From Alphaproteobacteria bacterium (GTDB lineage: Bacteria > Pseudomonadota > Alphaproteobacteria > SP197), in contig OZ242015.1 in the NCBI GenBank assembly GCA_965204785.1, positions 2,263,032 through 2,327,031 of the forward strand: DNA of 64,000 nucleotides, given 5' to 3'. Made by a program: the position numbers and the translations under genes. Below are positions 26,555-37,342 of this stretch, one piece after another. The notes beneath the pieces were generated by a model. That model searched no databases, was not told the DNA's origin, and saw only the letters and a program-made list of their open reading frames with translations. Each line of letters opens with the position of its first letter. The stretch's first letter is position 1.

Positions 26555-27874
26555 GTGCGCGCGGGAAACGCGGTGACATCGCTTGTCGACGGCGTGCCGG
26601 CCTTTGTACGGATTGCCAAAGCGGTCGATCGCGCCCGCCACAGCGTATGGGTGACGATAGCGTTCTTTTCCCACGACTTTCGCGTCACCGGCGATCGAGA
26701 CTTTTTCACGTTCCTGAACCAGGCGGTTGATCGGGGCTCGACGTGCGGGTGCTGTTCTGGCGGCCGAACGCGGGCAGCAGTAACGATGGCGTCACGTTTG
26801 CGGGCCCGCAGAAGGATCGCCAATTCCTGGAAGAGCGGGATGTACGGTTCTCCATCCGCTGGAACCGGGTGCCCGAGGATTACGCGCACCACAAGAAGTG
26901 CTGGATGATCGATGCCGGATATCCCACCGAGGTCGCCTTCGTCGAGGCGTCAATGTGACCGACCGCGCCTGCGGCACGCCGGGCCATACACGCGAGGACG
27001 AACGCCATGACATCTTCACGGAGATTGGCGGACCCTGTGCGACCGACGTGCACCACAACTTCATCCAGCGCTGGAACGGGGCCAGCGAACGCGTCGAAGC
27101 CGACAGCGCCTAGCGCAGCGATCCTGCCGACACTCTGGAGCCGCCGACAAAGGTTTCGCGTGAACACGAATCCATGACGGCGCAGAGCCAGCGCACGATG
27201 CCACCTAAGACACTACGGCTGCACGCCCCTGCCCGATGACGGCGCCAGCGATCTGCGGCACGGTGAGACCACGATGCTGGAGCAGTACAAGCTCGCCATC
27301 CGGGCTGCCCGGCGAACAATCTATATCGAGAACCAAGCGATCCCGATCCCGGCGGTTGCAGACGAACTGCTGGACGCACTCAAGCGCGGTGTGATGTCGC
27401 CGCGCTGGTCCCCTCGGTACCCAAGGACTATGTGCACGAGGCACGGCACACACCGTCACAGAGCAGCAGGGGCCGTTCAGGGCCTTGGAACGCCTGGCCG
27501 GTTTCGAGCACTTCACGCTGACCGCACTGGCTGCGAAGGGAGGCTACGGCACGCTGCATCACGTCTATGTGCATTCCAAGGCGATGCTGGTCGACGATGC
27601 GTGGGCCACGGTGGGCTCCTGCAATCTCCATGCGTATTCGCTGGGCGGCCACACCGAACTCAACATGTCGGTCTGGGATGCCGCGTCCACCAAATCCCCG
27701 CACTGCGAACTCTTCGACGAGCATCTCGAAGAGGACACCCGTGACTTGGACGACCGCGAGGCGCTAGCGCGCTTCCACACGATCACGCTGGAAAATCGGG
27801 CACGCATGGAAGCAGGAATTCAGGACCTGCAAGGCATTACTCACGCCCTGGATCCATTCCGCTACGCGCTCTGA
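26555..27874 (+). pseudogene. Phospholipase D / cardiolipin-synthase-like (two HKD motifs) gene split over at least 5 reading frames
   Basis: HKD 1: HHKKCWMID (ORF 26743..26958). HKD 2: VHSKAMLVDDAWATVGSCN (ORF 27485..27874). Intervening homologous pieces lie in other frames (26555.., 26898..27113 GGVNVTD...HHNFIQRWNG, 27274.. LEQYKLAIRAARRTIYIENQ). Confidence 0.75.
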
Positions 27875-29045
27875 CTTCTCGCGTCATCGCGCGGGCGGCC
27901 CAGCGATGGAAGCAGTGAGAGGGGCCTTCCAGGACGGGCGTGAAGACACCACCGTCGAAACCCGGTGAGGCGCGGCCGGCCTGCATGCCCTGGACTACAT
28001 CGACATCCTCCCGGAACACCTCGCGCCAGGTCTCGCGCACGCTGGCGCGCAGGTTGACGCTGCCGGGCCCGGTGGGTTCGTCGCCGACGTAATAGAGATC
28101 GAAGGTCTCGTGGCAACGGTCCGGGCCGTCGGGCAGGATGCGGATGGCCTTGAAGTGGTCGTAGTGGATGCCGAGCAGAACGTTGGGATAAAGCGCGACG
28201 TATTCGGCGCGTGTCTCCCAGTGCGGCGGCAGGTCGGGTAAACGCGGCAGGATGTGACCGCCACGGTCCGGCTTGTAGGCGAGACTGACTTGGCCGGAGA
28301 AGGCCTCCTCCTCGATGTTCTCATGATCTTCCAGCTTCGAATAGCTGTTGAGACCCGGATGCACCATAGGAAGATGGTAAGCTTCGCAGAAATTCTCGAC
28401 GGCCAGCTTCCAGTTGGCTTGGAGGTCGAAATGCATGATCGAGTCCTCGCCGCCGTGGCGGATGAGGCTGCTGTCGAAGACCGACCAGCGTTGCGCGAGC
28501 GGCGCGATGAAATCCTCGAACGATCCGGCATCGCCCGAAAGGTTGACGAAAACCTGATCGAACCACATGCCGCTGGCCACTTCCTTGATGGCGAACCCTT
28601 CCTTGGAAAAGCCTTCACAGGTGTGTTTGCCCGTACCCGCGATGTGCGGCGTCTGGCGCAGCTCGCCGCCGAAACCGAAGGCCCAGTTGTGGTACGGGCA
28701 GGTGATGAGCGCGCCCGCATTGCCGCGCTGGCTGACCAGCTTCATGCCGCGATGCGGACAGGCGTTGTGGAAGACGCGCACCGCGCCATCGCGCCCACGA
28801 ATGGCAAAAAGCGGCACGCCGACGAAATCGAGCGGAATGACATCGCCCGGATTGGGAATGTAGGCGCCTGCGGTCAGGCAGACCCAGTTACGCGACCAGA
28901 GTCTGGCACGTTCGGCCTCGAAATAGGCGGGAGAGACATAGGCCTCGGCCGGGAGCGGACGCGCGACGCCGTAGTCGCCGTCGACGGCTGCCAGAACGGC
29001 GGGGTCGAAATCGCGCGCGGAAGGAAAGGTGGCAAGCTCGGTCAT
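27837..29045 (-). CDS. Rieske [2Fe-2S] oxygenase alpha subunit (SRPBCC-type, choline-monooxygenase-like)
   Basis: CPHRGMKL...CPYHNWAF, NWKLAVENFCEAYHLPMVHP. 402-aa intact ORF. Confidence 0.85.
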   Translation of the reverse strand: MTELATFPSARDFDPAVLAAVDGDYGVARPLPAEAYVSPAYFEAERARLWSRNWVCLTAGAYIPNPGDVIPLDFVGVPLFAIRGRDGAVRVFHNACPHRGMKLVSQRGNAGALITCPYHNWAFGFGGELRQTPHIAGTGKHTCEGFSKEGFAIKEVASGMWFDQVFVNLSGDAGSFEDFIAPLAQRWSVFDSSLIRHGGEDSIMHFDLQANWKLAVENFCEAYHLPMVHPGLNSYSKLEDHENIEEEAFSGQVSLAYKPDRGGHILPRLPDLPPHWETRAEYVALYPNVLLGIHYDHFKAIRILPDGPDRCHETFDLYYVGDEPTGPGSVNLRASVRETWREVFREDVDVVQGMQAGRASPGFDGGVFTPVLEGPSHCFHRWAARAMTREVRARSGMDPGRE

Positions 29046-29143
29046 GGCGGCACACTCCGGGATGGCATCAAGGCAGCCATTCTGTGCGCAACGGCGGGAA
29101 GAGAAAAGTTCAGAAATGATCGTTTCTACTATAATATGAAGTT

Positions 29144-30088
29144 ATGAAATGCCTGCGCCGTGAACTCCCATCCCTGACCGCTCTGGTCGCCTTTGAGGCC
29201 GCCGCGCGGCACCGCAACTTTACCCATGCCGCAGAAGAGTTGGGGGTTTCCCAGGCCGCGGTCAGCCGTCAGATCGCTCAATTGGAGGACAACCTAAACG
29301 TATTGTTGTTCCACCGCGGATCGCGCCCCCTGGGCCTGACGCCAGAAGGCGCACGCCTGGCCGAAGCGGTTTCCGGAGGCCTGGGTCACATCGCCGAGAC
29401 GGCTTCGGACCTGCGCCGGGCCGGATCGACCCAGACCATCACCGTGGCGGCGAGCGTGGCGTTCACCTCGCTGTGGCTGATGCCGCGCGTAGCGGGCTTC
29501 CGCCAAGCCCAACCCGGCATTGCGCTGTGCCTGCTCGCGGCCGATCCCCACACCGATCCTCTCCACAGCGAGGTCGATCTGGCCGTACGATTCGGCGACG
29601 GACACTGGTCGGGCCTGGAAGCGGTGAAGCTGTTCGACGATCTGGTCGTGCCGGTCGCCGCACCCGGCTATTTCGAGAGAAGGGCGAAGCCGCAAACGCC
29701 CGCCGATTTCATCCATGAAATCCTACTCCACATGAACGACGTCGATCCGACGTGGATGCCTTGGCGCACCTGGTTCGCCCAGCACGGCCTCACACCACCG
29801 CGCCACGATACCGGAGCGCTGAGCTTCAACGCCTATCCCAACATGATTCAGGCGGCCCGCGACGGCCAGGGCATCGCGCTGGGCTGGGTCCATCTGATCG
29901 CACGCGATCTGGAGCGCGGCGATCTGGAGCATGTCACCGAAGACATCCGCAAGCCGCGCGAGGCGCAGTACCTGACCTGGCGCAAGCGTCGCGCGCTTAG
30001 CGGCGCGGCAGCGGCGTTCCGCGCATGGATCGTCGCCGAAGCGCGCGACGAACGCATCCTACCCGCCAACCTGCCGCGACCGGGTTGA
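29144..30088 (+). CDS. LysR-family transcriptional regulator (GcvA-like), divergent from the Rieske oxygenase gene
   Basis: N-terminal wHTH LPSLTALVAFEAAARHRNFTHAAEELGVSQAAVSRQIAQLEDNLNVLLFHR. 314 aa. Confidence 0.9.
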   Translation: MKCLRRELPSLTALVAFEAAARHRNFTHAAEELGVSQAAVSRQIAQLEDNLNVLLFHRGSRPLGLTPEGARLAEAVSGGLGHIAETASDLRRAGSTQTITVAASVAFTSLWLMPRVAGFRQAQPGIALCLLAADPHTDPLHSEVDLAVRFGDGHWSGLEAVKLFDDLVVPVAAPGYFERRAKPQTPADFIHEILLHMNDVDPTWMPWRTWFAQHGLTPPRHDTGALSFNAYPNMIQAARDGQGIALGWVHLIARDLERGDLEHVTEDIRKPREAQYLTWRKRRALSGAAAAFRAWIVAEARDERILPANLPRPG

Positions 30089-30114
30089 GGCGACGACTTC
30101 ACGAATTGCAAGCT

Positions 30115-30838
30115 CCCGGCTTTCGAGTTTGTGAAGGGATCGCGATTCGTTTGATTTGTGCTGCAAGGCAGTGAGACCAGTCGTTGCTCTCAGGGTGCCC
30201 GGTCGTTTGATCTTGTTTCAGGTGTTTTGCGCAGCGGCCCTGATGCGTTGCGTTGCCAGGATGTCGTTGGCCGGTGCGTGCCACAGGGACGATGGCGTGT
30301 GCCTTGAGCCTTCCACGCACGTCGATGCGCTCGAGGGCCCGGTTCCTGCAGTGGGCGTGGATGAGTTCGGCGCATGTGCGTCTTCGGGGCGATGTCCCGG
30401 GCCTTCCGGGTTTCCATTTCGGCGCGCCGGCTTTCGATCGCTTCGGGTTCTTATCCTGCGCTTGTAACGCCGGCTGACGCGCGATGCCGGGGAGAGATCG
30501 TTCTCGCCGGCCTCATCGGGCGTGGGCATGTAGACCGTGATCGGCCCGGCTTGCGTTCTGGCCGGGGCGACGATGGCGTCACGGCTGTCACAGCCCCGAT
30601 CGAGCGGCACGCGCCGGGATCGAGGGCGACCTCCGCGCGCGGGGCGGTAACATCCTTGCAGGCAAGGCGCGTGTCCCGGCTGCAGGACAAAACGCGTCAA
30701 GGTCGACAGGCTCGAAACCAGTCTGCGAACGATCCGCCGTCAAATATCGGGCTGCCCGTGACATCGCTCCTTCCTCCACAACCGGAACGAACCACAAAAC
30801 ACACAACCCGGGAATTCTTCACAAACTCGAAGGCCGGG
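30115..30838 (-). mobile_element. ~0.72-kb internally deleted IS1182/IS5-superfamily element with intact terminal inverted repeats (MITE-like derivative)
   Basis: IRs: cccggcTttcgagtttgtgaag at 30115-30136, reverse complement cttcacaaactcgaaGgccggg at 30817-30838 (1 mismatch). Transposase scraps inside: N-terminus MSRAARYLTADRSQTGFEPVDLDA (from 30764) and C-terminus VRGRLKAHAIV/LWHAPANDILATQRIRAAAQNT (stop 30218), spread over several frames. No target-site duplication seen. Confidence 0.6.
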
Positions 30839-30938
30839 GCCCGTAAGCCGGTGCTCATGATGCACGTGGGCGACGCTTTGCGCTCCAAATCCCTGATCGG
30901 GGCGTATGGGACCCAAGCCTCCGCTAGGGATCAAGGCG

Positions 30939-32168
30939 TCAGTCGACCAAGGCCTGGTTCACCAGAACGCGCAGTTCGCGCCGCAGGGGGTAGCTGCCAG
31001 AGGGAATCAACTGGGTCAGGAACACGACAGCCATGTCTTCGGCCGGATCGACCCAGAACGCGGTCGAGGCCATGCCACCCCAGGCGAACTCGCCCGGCGA
31101 GCTCATGGTCCGTGCGGCGGCGGGGTCGAGCACGACGGAAACGCCGAGACCGAAGCCGATTCCCGCATAGCTGGTTTCCGAAAAGGTCTCCTGGCCCATG
31201 GTGGTGAGATCACCGTCGCCGGGCATGTGGTTGGTCGCCATGTATTCCACCGTGCGCCGGCCCAGAACGCGCGCACCGTCAAGTTCGCCGCCACCGCGCA
31301 GCATGTCGGCAAAACGCAGATAGTCGTGCATGGTGGAAAGCAGACCGCCGCCGCCCGAGAAACAGGTCACACCGGAGGCAAAGGGACTGTCGTGCGTGCC
31401 ATCGCACTTAACAAACCCGTCGTCGGCGTCTCGTTCGTAGCAGGGTACGAAGCGCGCCACACGGTCTTCGGGCACTTCAAAGAATGTGTCGTTCATAGCG
31501 AGCGGATCGAAGATGTGTTCCTGCAGATAACGGTCGAAACTCTGGCCGGAGAGCACTTCAACCAAATAGCCTAGCACGTCAATCGAAACGCCGTAAGTCC
31601 AGCGCGCGCCGGGGTTATGGTCGAGCGGCGCCCTGCCCAGACGCTCGCAGACCTCCGCCAGCGACCCGGCGTGGGTGTCGAAATCGAGGCCCTGTTCGGC
31701 GTAGTGCCGCGCCAGACCATCGCCGCCGGAAAAACCATAGGTCAGGCCCGAGGTGTGGGTGAAGAGATCGTGGATGGTGACGGAACGGCTGGCCGGCTCG
31801 ATCACCATGGCACCGCCATCCTCGCCTGTGCGCACCTGCATGTCAGCGAATGCGGGGATGAAGGCCTCCACGGGATCGTCGAGCCGATAGAGGCCCTGCT
31901 CGTAGAACTGCAGCGCGGCAACCACGGTGATGGGCTTTGACATGGAGTAGATACGGCAGATGGCGTCGGGCGCAATGGCGCGGCCGGCTTCCACGTCGAC
32001 CTGACCGACCTCGTCCCAGAATGCGACCTCTCCATGGCGGACGACCGCGGTCATGGCCCAAGGCAACTTGGCCGCTTCCACGTAACGCTCCATCCAGGGG
32101 CGGATGCGCGCGAGACGTTCGGGCGAGAGGCCGAGCGATTCGGGGGCCGGTCGTGAAAAGTAGGACAA
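30939..32168 (-). CDS. Serine hydrolase, beta-lactamase/transpeptidase-like (class C-related esterase family)
   Basis: S-x-x-K motif in CRIYSMSKPITVVAAL. 409-aa intact ORF. Confidence 0.85.
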   Translation of the reverse strand: MSYFSRPAPESLGLSPERLARIRPWMERYVEAAKLPWAMTAVVRHGEVAFWDEVGQVDVEAGRAIAPDAICRIYSMSKPITVVAALQFYEQGLYRLDDPVEAFIPAFADMQVRTGEDGGAMVIEPASRSVTIHDLFTHTSGLTYGFSGGDGLARHYAEQGLDFDTHAGSLAEVCERLGRAPLDHNPGARWTYGVSIDVLGYLVEVLSGQSFDRYLQEHIFDPLAMNDTFFEVPEDRVARFVPCYERDADDGFVKCDGTHDSPFASGVTCFSGGGGLLSTMHDYLRFADMLRGGGELDGARVLGRRTVEYMATNHMPGDGDLTTMGQETFSETSYAGIGFGLGVSVVLDPAAARTMSSPGEFAWGGMASTAFWVDPAEDMAVVFLTQLIPSGSYPLRRELRVLVNQALVD

Positions 32169-32171
32169 GGT

Positions 32172-32419
32172 TTAGACCAGTTCGACGCATAGAGAGCGCC
32201 CAACGGCCGAAGCCGCCCTGATGAGCGTGTCAAGCCGCACCCGATCGTTCTCAGGATCAAGCAGGCGAGCCAATTGGGATGCACTGGTTTCCATTCGTCG
32301 CGCCATTTCCGATTTCGAGGAGGGGTTCTGAAACTCCATCACGCGCTTGATGGCAACTTCCCTCACAGCTTCCGCGATACCTTCCTCAGTAAGTACAAGT
32401 CATCAAGGCTCGATCCCAT
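32172..32419 (-). pseudogene. XRE/HigA-like HTH antitoxin, frameshifted near its 5' end
   Basis: ATG at 32419 gives MGSSLDDL and then stops out of frame. The main frame reads LTEEGIAEAVREVAIKRVMEFQNPSSKSEMARRMETSASQLARLLDPENDRVRLDTLIRAASAVGRSLCVELV (HTH plus a typical antitoxin tail). It begins 10 nt after the toxin stop. Confidence 0.65.
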
Positions 32420-32429
32420 GTGGGGATTC

Positions 32430-32792
32430 CTAGCTGCCATATCTTCCGTACCTCCCCTCCCGCATTCTGCGTAGCGCAAGACTTAAGTCTCTGGCTGGCG
32501 TCTTCTGATCCTTCTTAATGAATCCGTGCAGCAAGATCATCCGGCTGCCGCTCAACAGAAAAATTACCCGCGCAATGCGACCTGATGAAATGTTCGAGTG
32601 GACCTATAGACTCTTGTATCCCTGCATTGGGGAACATTTCGGCTTTCCAATCGGTCAAGCAAACCCAAGCGTTGCAATATCCTCACCAATCGTTCTTCGG
32701 TTTTCTTTGCCGAGGTCACGGAGCCGGTCCCGAACCGGCTCCTTACCGTCGGCTTAACGATAGAAGACAATCTGCAAAATCTTGGACAACAT
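32430..32792 (-). pseudogene. HigB/RelE-type (Gp49-like) toxin gene. Full 120-codon frame retained but with three in-frame stops (TAA, TGA, TAG).
   Basis: Hand translation, single frame: MLSKILQIVFYR*ADGKEPVRDRLRDLGKENRRTIGEDIATLGFA*PIGKPKCSPMQGYKSL*VHSNISSGRIARVIFLLSGSRMILLHGFIKKDQKTPARDLSLALRRMREGRYGRYGS*. Stops at 32754-56, 32655-57 and 32604-06. The LLHGFxKKxQKTP motif is characteristic. Local GC is clearly lower than the surroundings. Confidence 0.75.
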
Positions 32793-32816
32793 GTTCGACG
32801 CCAATTTTTTAACCGT

Positions 32817-32844
32817 ATATTAGTCAACCATATGTGGTTAGCAA
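32817..32844 (-). promoter_or_regulatory. Candidate sigma-70 promoter of the dead TA operon (-35 TTGCTA, 16-nt spacer, -10 TAATAT) with a 14-bp palindrome AACCATATGTGGTT in the spacer (possible operator)
   Basis: Plus strand: atatta 32817-22, aaccatatgtggtt 32826-39, tagcaa 32839-44. About 25 nt upstream of the toxin ATG. Confidence 0.4.
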
Positions 32845-32881
32845 TCAATGCGTCGGCGAGTTGGGGCAGAATGCAAGGTCC

Positions 32882-33151
32882 TTAGCGATAGACCGCTTCA
32901 CCCAGTTCGGTTTTTCTGGCTGCCCAAGCCTTGAAGTCGAGAACGACGATGCCGTGGCGAGTGACGAAGCGATCGAGGCCGCCGTCGACCATCTCGTGAT
33001 ACTGGGGCATCATGTCGGGATAAAACTCGGTGCGAATCTCTTTTGGGTCGAAGTCCAGGTTCGCCTCGACCGTGCTTTTGCCGTCCGGGCTCATCACACT
33101 GACAAGATAGGTTCCGCCGTGGCTGATGCCCCGCAACCCGTAGAGGATCAT
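32882..33151 (-). CDS. Hypothetical 89-aa protein immediately downstream of prfC
   Basis: ATG at 33151, 14 nt after the prfC stop. MILYGLRGISHGGTYLVSVMSPDGKSTVEANLDFDPKEIRTEFYPDMMPQYHEMVDGGLDRFVTRHGIVVLDFKAWAARKTELGEAVYR. Balanced composition; no family recognised. Confidence 0.5.
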   Translation of the reverse strand: MILYGLRGISHGGTYLVSVMSPDGKSTVEANLDFDPKEIRTEFYPDMMPQYHEMVDGGLDRFVTRHGIVVLDFKAWAARKTELGEAVYR

Positions 33152-33165
33152 GGCGCGAACCTGCG

Positions 33166-34773
<1,608 letters not shown>

Positions 34774-34908
34774 GATCTAGCGCCAGAAAGTGTCGGTTCA
34801 GGCGTCTATGTCGTGCATGCACAGCCCATTGTCCAGTCCGGCTGCAGGGAACCGGAAGGCCGGCTGTTGGTTCCATCAATAACCACAATCCAAGAATGGA
34901 GAGCAACC

Positions 34909-35064
34909 ATGCGACGTATCCTTCTAGCCACAACCGCGTTGACCGTACTGTCAACTGCCCCCGCCTTGGTGGATGCGTGCCGTGGTCGTCTCGACATCCT
35001 GCAGACGACGATCTCCGAAGAGCCCGGATACAACGCGATGCTGCATCAGGACATCCAGGATTAA
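34909..35064 (+). CDS. Small (51-aa) putative secreted protein; may be the truncated 5' part of a longer gene
   Basis: GGAGAG then ATG at 34909. MRRILLATTALTVLSTAPALVDA looks like a signal peptide. After the TAA the same frame stays protein-like (VVILWCTTASLERNGDDEATLDEA...). Confidence 0.3.
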   Translation: MRRILLATTALTVLSTAPALVDACRGRLDILQTTISEEPGYNAMLHQDIQD

Positions 35065-35426
35065 GTCGTCATTCTGTGGTGCACCACGGCATCGCTGGAG
35101 CGCAATGGCGACGATGAAGCAACGCTGGACGAAGCGCCGACCTTGGATGACATCGATACCGAAAAAGATAAGGGGACTGGTGTGGACGGGATCGGCCACC
35201 CCCGATCATCCGGCCGTTGGGAACCGGACGATGCAACCCACACTAGGCCCGCAATCACGACCGGTGCTGTCAAACCAATGTCACAGCTTCGGCAACACCA
35301 ATGTGACGTGATGATCTTTGGCCTACCGATTTGGTGGGCTAACCCACCTCAATCGAACGTGACTTGGCAGCCATACCGTGGTCACTTTATGGGATCATGG
35401 TGCGAACCCGTTGCAACAGGATCGTC

Positions 35427-35885
35427 ATGAAACGTTGGGCAGCAGCGATCGTTTTGTCAGCCGTGGCCATGAGCCAGGGCGTCATTGCGCGTGCCGACGA
35501 CATCGCATCGCTAGTCACGCCCAACGGCGTCGATGTCCAGGTCCATCTGGAAGGCCAGGACAGTCTGGTCATCACCATCCTGCCCACGATGGATGTGAAG
35601 CTGAACGGTCAGCTCGGCATCGGGATCAGAGCACTTTATGACGACGAGGGATGGCAAAGGGAACTGCCCAGCCTGCTGGTCGTCGAGGGCGACTATTTTG
35701 ACGGCGCAGTGCTCCAGAGGTTTCCGTTCGACGCCGGTGCCGTCGAAACGCCCTCCACGCTGGGCATCACGTTCGGCGCCTGCCTGCCGGCCAGCGGCGT
35801 GTGCATCCTTGAGGAAACAGAGGTCACGCTGGTGCGCGAGACCAACGGCTCCCTGGGACTAACCCTGGCGACACTGAAGCCCTGA
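35427..35885 (+). CDS. Hypothetical secreted protein, 152 aa
   Basis: MKRWAAAIVLSAVAMSQGVIARA signal peptide, followed by beta-rich sequence. No family recognised. Confidence 0.6.
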   Translation: MKRWAAAIVLSAVAMSQGVIARADDIASLVTPNGVDVQVHLEGQDSLVITILPTMDVKLNGQLGIGIRALYDDEGWQRELPSLLVVEGDYFDGAVLQRFPFDAGAVETPSTLGITFGACLPASGVCILEETEVTLVRETNGSLGLTLATLKP

Positions 35886-35889
35886 GGCT

Positions 35890-37203
35890 TTAGCCGGACA
35901 CCTTGTGCCAAGCGCCGTCGCAGCCCAGAAACTCCGAACCGTCAGCACGATAAAAGGAATCCGCGCCTACGTGCTTAGCGACCTGCAACATGGCCGGAAG
36001 TCTTATGTCCGACGCCTCCAGGTGCTCGATCAACATGGCAAGCCCCAGTTCATTCATCATCTGGAACGGACCCTGGGACCAGGCAAAGCCCCAACGCATG
36101 GCGCGGTCGATGTTGACAATGTCGTCGGCGATCTCGGGCACCAGATCGGCTGCATAACGCAGCGCGCCACCCATGAGATCCCGGGCAAACGCACCGATCG
36201 CATCGTCTGCCGTCATGATGCCGCCGAGCGTACCATGGGTATCCGCCAGCTGCGGATTTTGCGCCATGCGCCATGCGTCGTTATCGAGATCGAAGGTTTC
36301 CTTCAGCCTTCCGCCGTCGTCGGTCTTGGTCACCCTGTAGAAACCGCCACCGGTCTTGCGGCCGAGCTGCCCACGCTCCAGCATGGCCTCTTCCTCGGGC
36401 GGAAACGCCGTGTAGCCGTGGCCGATATCCACTTCGGGCAGATTGTCGGAAAGGTTCTTGCCCACGAAATCCATGACGTCGAGACCGATGAGATCGATCA
36501 GGCCGTAAAGCCCCGTGGGCGGCAGGCCGACCGGCCCGGACATCGTGGCATCGATGGTTTCCATGGAAAGCCCGCCCTCGTGACGTGCCTTGCGCGCCTT
36601 GTGCAGGCCCGAAAGCAACCAGAAACAGCCGATGCGGTTGCCGATGAAGTTCACCGTGTCCTTGGCGTGCACGACGCCCTTGCCGAGCTTCTGTGCGCCG
36701 AAGGCGGCCATGGCGGTGACCACGTCGGGCGTTGTGTCCTCGCCCGGCACGACTTCCAGGAGCTTCATGACCTTCACGGGATTAAAGAAATGGGTCACCA
36801 CGATGTCGCGGCGCAGGCCCTCGGGCATACCCTCGACAATCGAACGCAGGGGGATGCCCGAGGTGTTGGTGCTGATCACAGAACCGGGCGTGCGCGCGGC
36901 TTCGAGTTTCTCAAAGAGATCGCGTTTGGTCTGGAGATCCTCGATCACCGCCTCGCAGATCCAGTCGTAGCCCGCGATCCGTTCGAGCTCCCCGAAGGTC
37001 CCGGTTTCGATCAACTTGGCGCTTTCAGGATTGTCGATCGCCGGCGAGCGGCCGCCGGTGATGCGCTCCATCGCCTTGGCCGCGGCATCCTCGTTGATCT
37101 CCAGCAGCAGGACCTTGCAGCCGGCATCGGCACACTTTCCCGCAATGCCCGCACCCATGGTGCCACCGCCGATCACCGCCACCGAGTTGATTTCACGCAT
37201 CAT
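35890..37203 (-). CDS. 3-hydroxyacyl-CoA dehydrogenase family protein (NAD-binding plus C-terminal domains)
   Basis: VAVIGGGTMGAGIAGKCADAGCKVLLLE Rossmann motif. ...ISTNTSGIPL...THFFNPVKVMKLLEVV. 437 aa. Confidence 0.85.
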   Translation of the reverse strand: MMREINSVAVIGGGTMGAGIAGKCADAGCKVLLLEINEDAAAKAMERITGGRSPAIDNPESAKLIETGTFGELERIAGYDWICEAVIEDLQTKRDLFEKLEAARTPGSVISTNTSGIPLRSIVEGMPEGLRRDIVVTHFFNPVKVMKLLEVVPGEDTTPDVVTAMAAFGAQKLGKGVVHAKDTVNFIGNRIGCFWLLSGLHKARKARHEGGLSMETIDATMSGPVGLPPTGLYGLIDLIGLDVMDFVGKNLSDNLPEVDIGHGYTAFPPEEEAMLERGQLGRKTGGGFYRVTKTDDGGRLKETFDLDNDAWRMAQNPQLADTHGTLGGIMTADDAIGAFARDLMGGALRYAADLVPEIADDIVNIDRAMRWGFAWSQGPFQMMNELGLAMLIEHLEASDIRLPAMLQVAKHVGADSFYRADGSEFLGCDGAWHKVSG

Positions 37204-37342
37204 GGTCTGAACTCCTCTCTGGTAGGGCGCTTCCTAGCGCAGCCAAGCCATGGGGCCAAGCAGAAGTCGATCCCCAACCCGTGCGGGTTCCCACGTGCCC
37301 TGATCCGCATTAGGTTCCGCCAACATCGCGGGAGACGAACCC

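Noticed and set aside
30374-31207. 277-aa plus-strand ORF across the IS remnant into the serine hydrolase gene
   Set aside because: It is Arg/Ser/Pro-rich shadow sequence. It overlaps a recognisable minus-strand serine hydrolase CDS and IS scraps.
34896-35430. Overlapping ORFs 34896..35117, 34973..35311 and 35143..35430 as genes
   Set aside because: They are mutually overlapping frames in a short intergenic region, and none has a recognisable domain. I kept only the signal-peptide ORF starting at 34909, at low confidence. The rest may be decayed continuation of that gene.
37204-37342. SAM-II/SAM-V type riboswitch upstream of metY
   Set aside because: I could not find the conserved AAAGC(U) pseudoknot element or the characteristic short hairpin in the 139-nt leader. 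A covariance-model scan would be needed to be sure.
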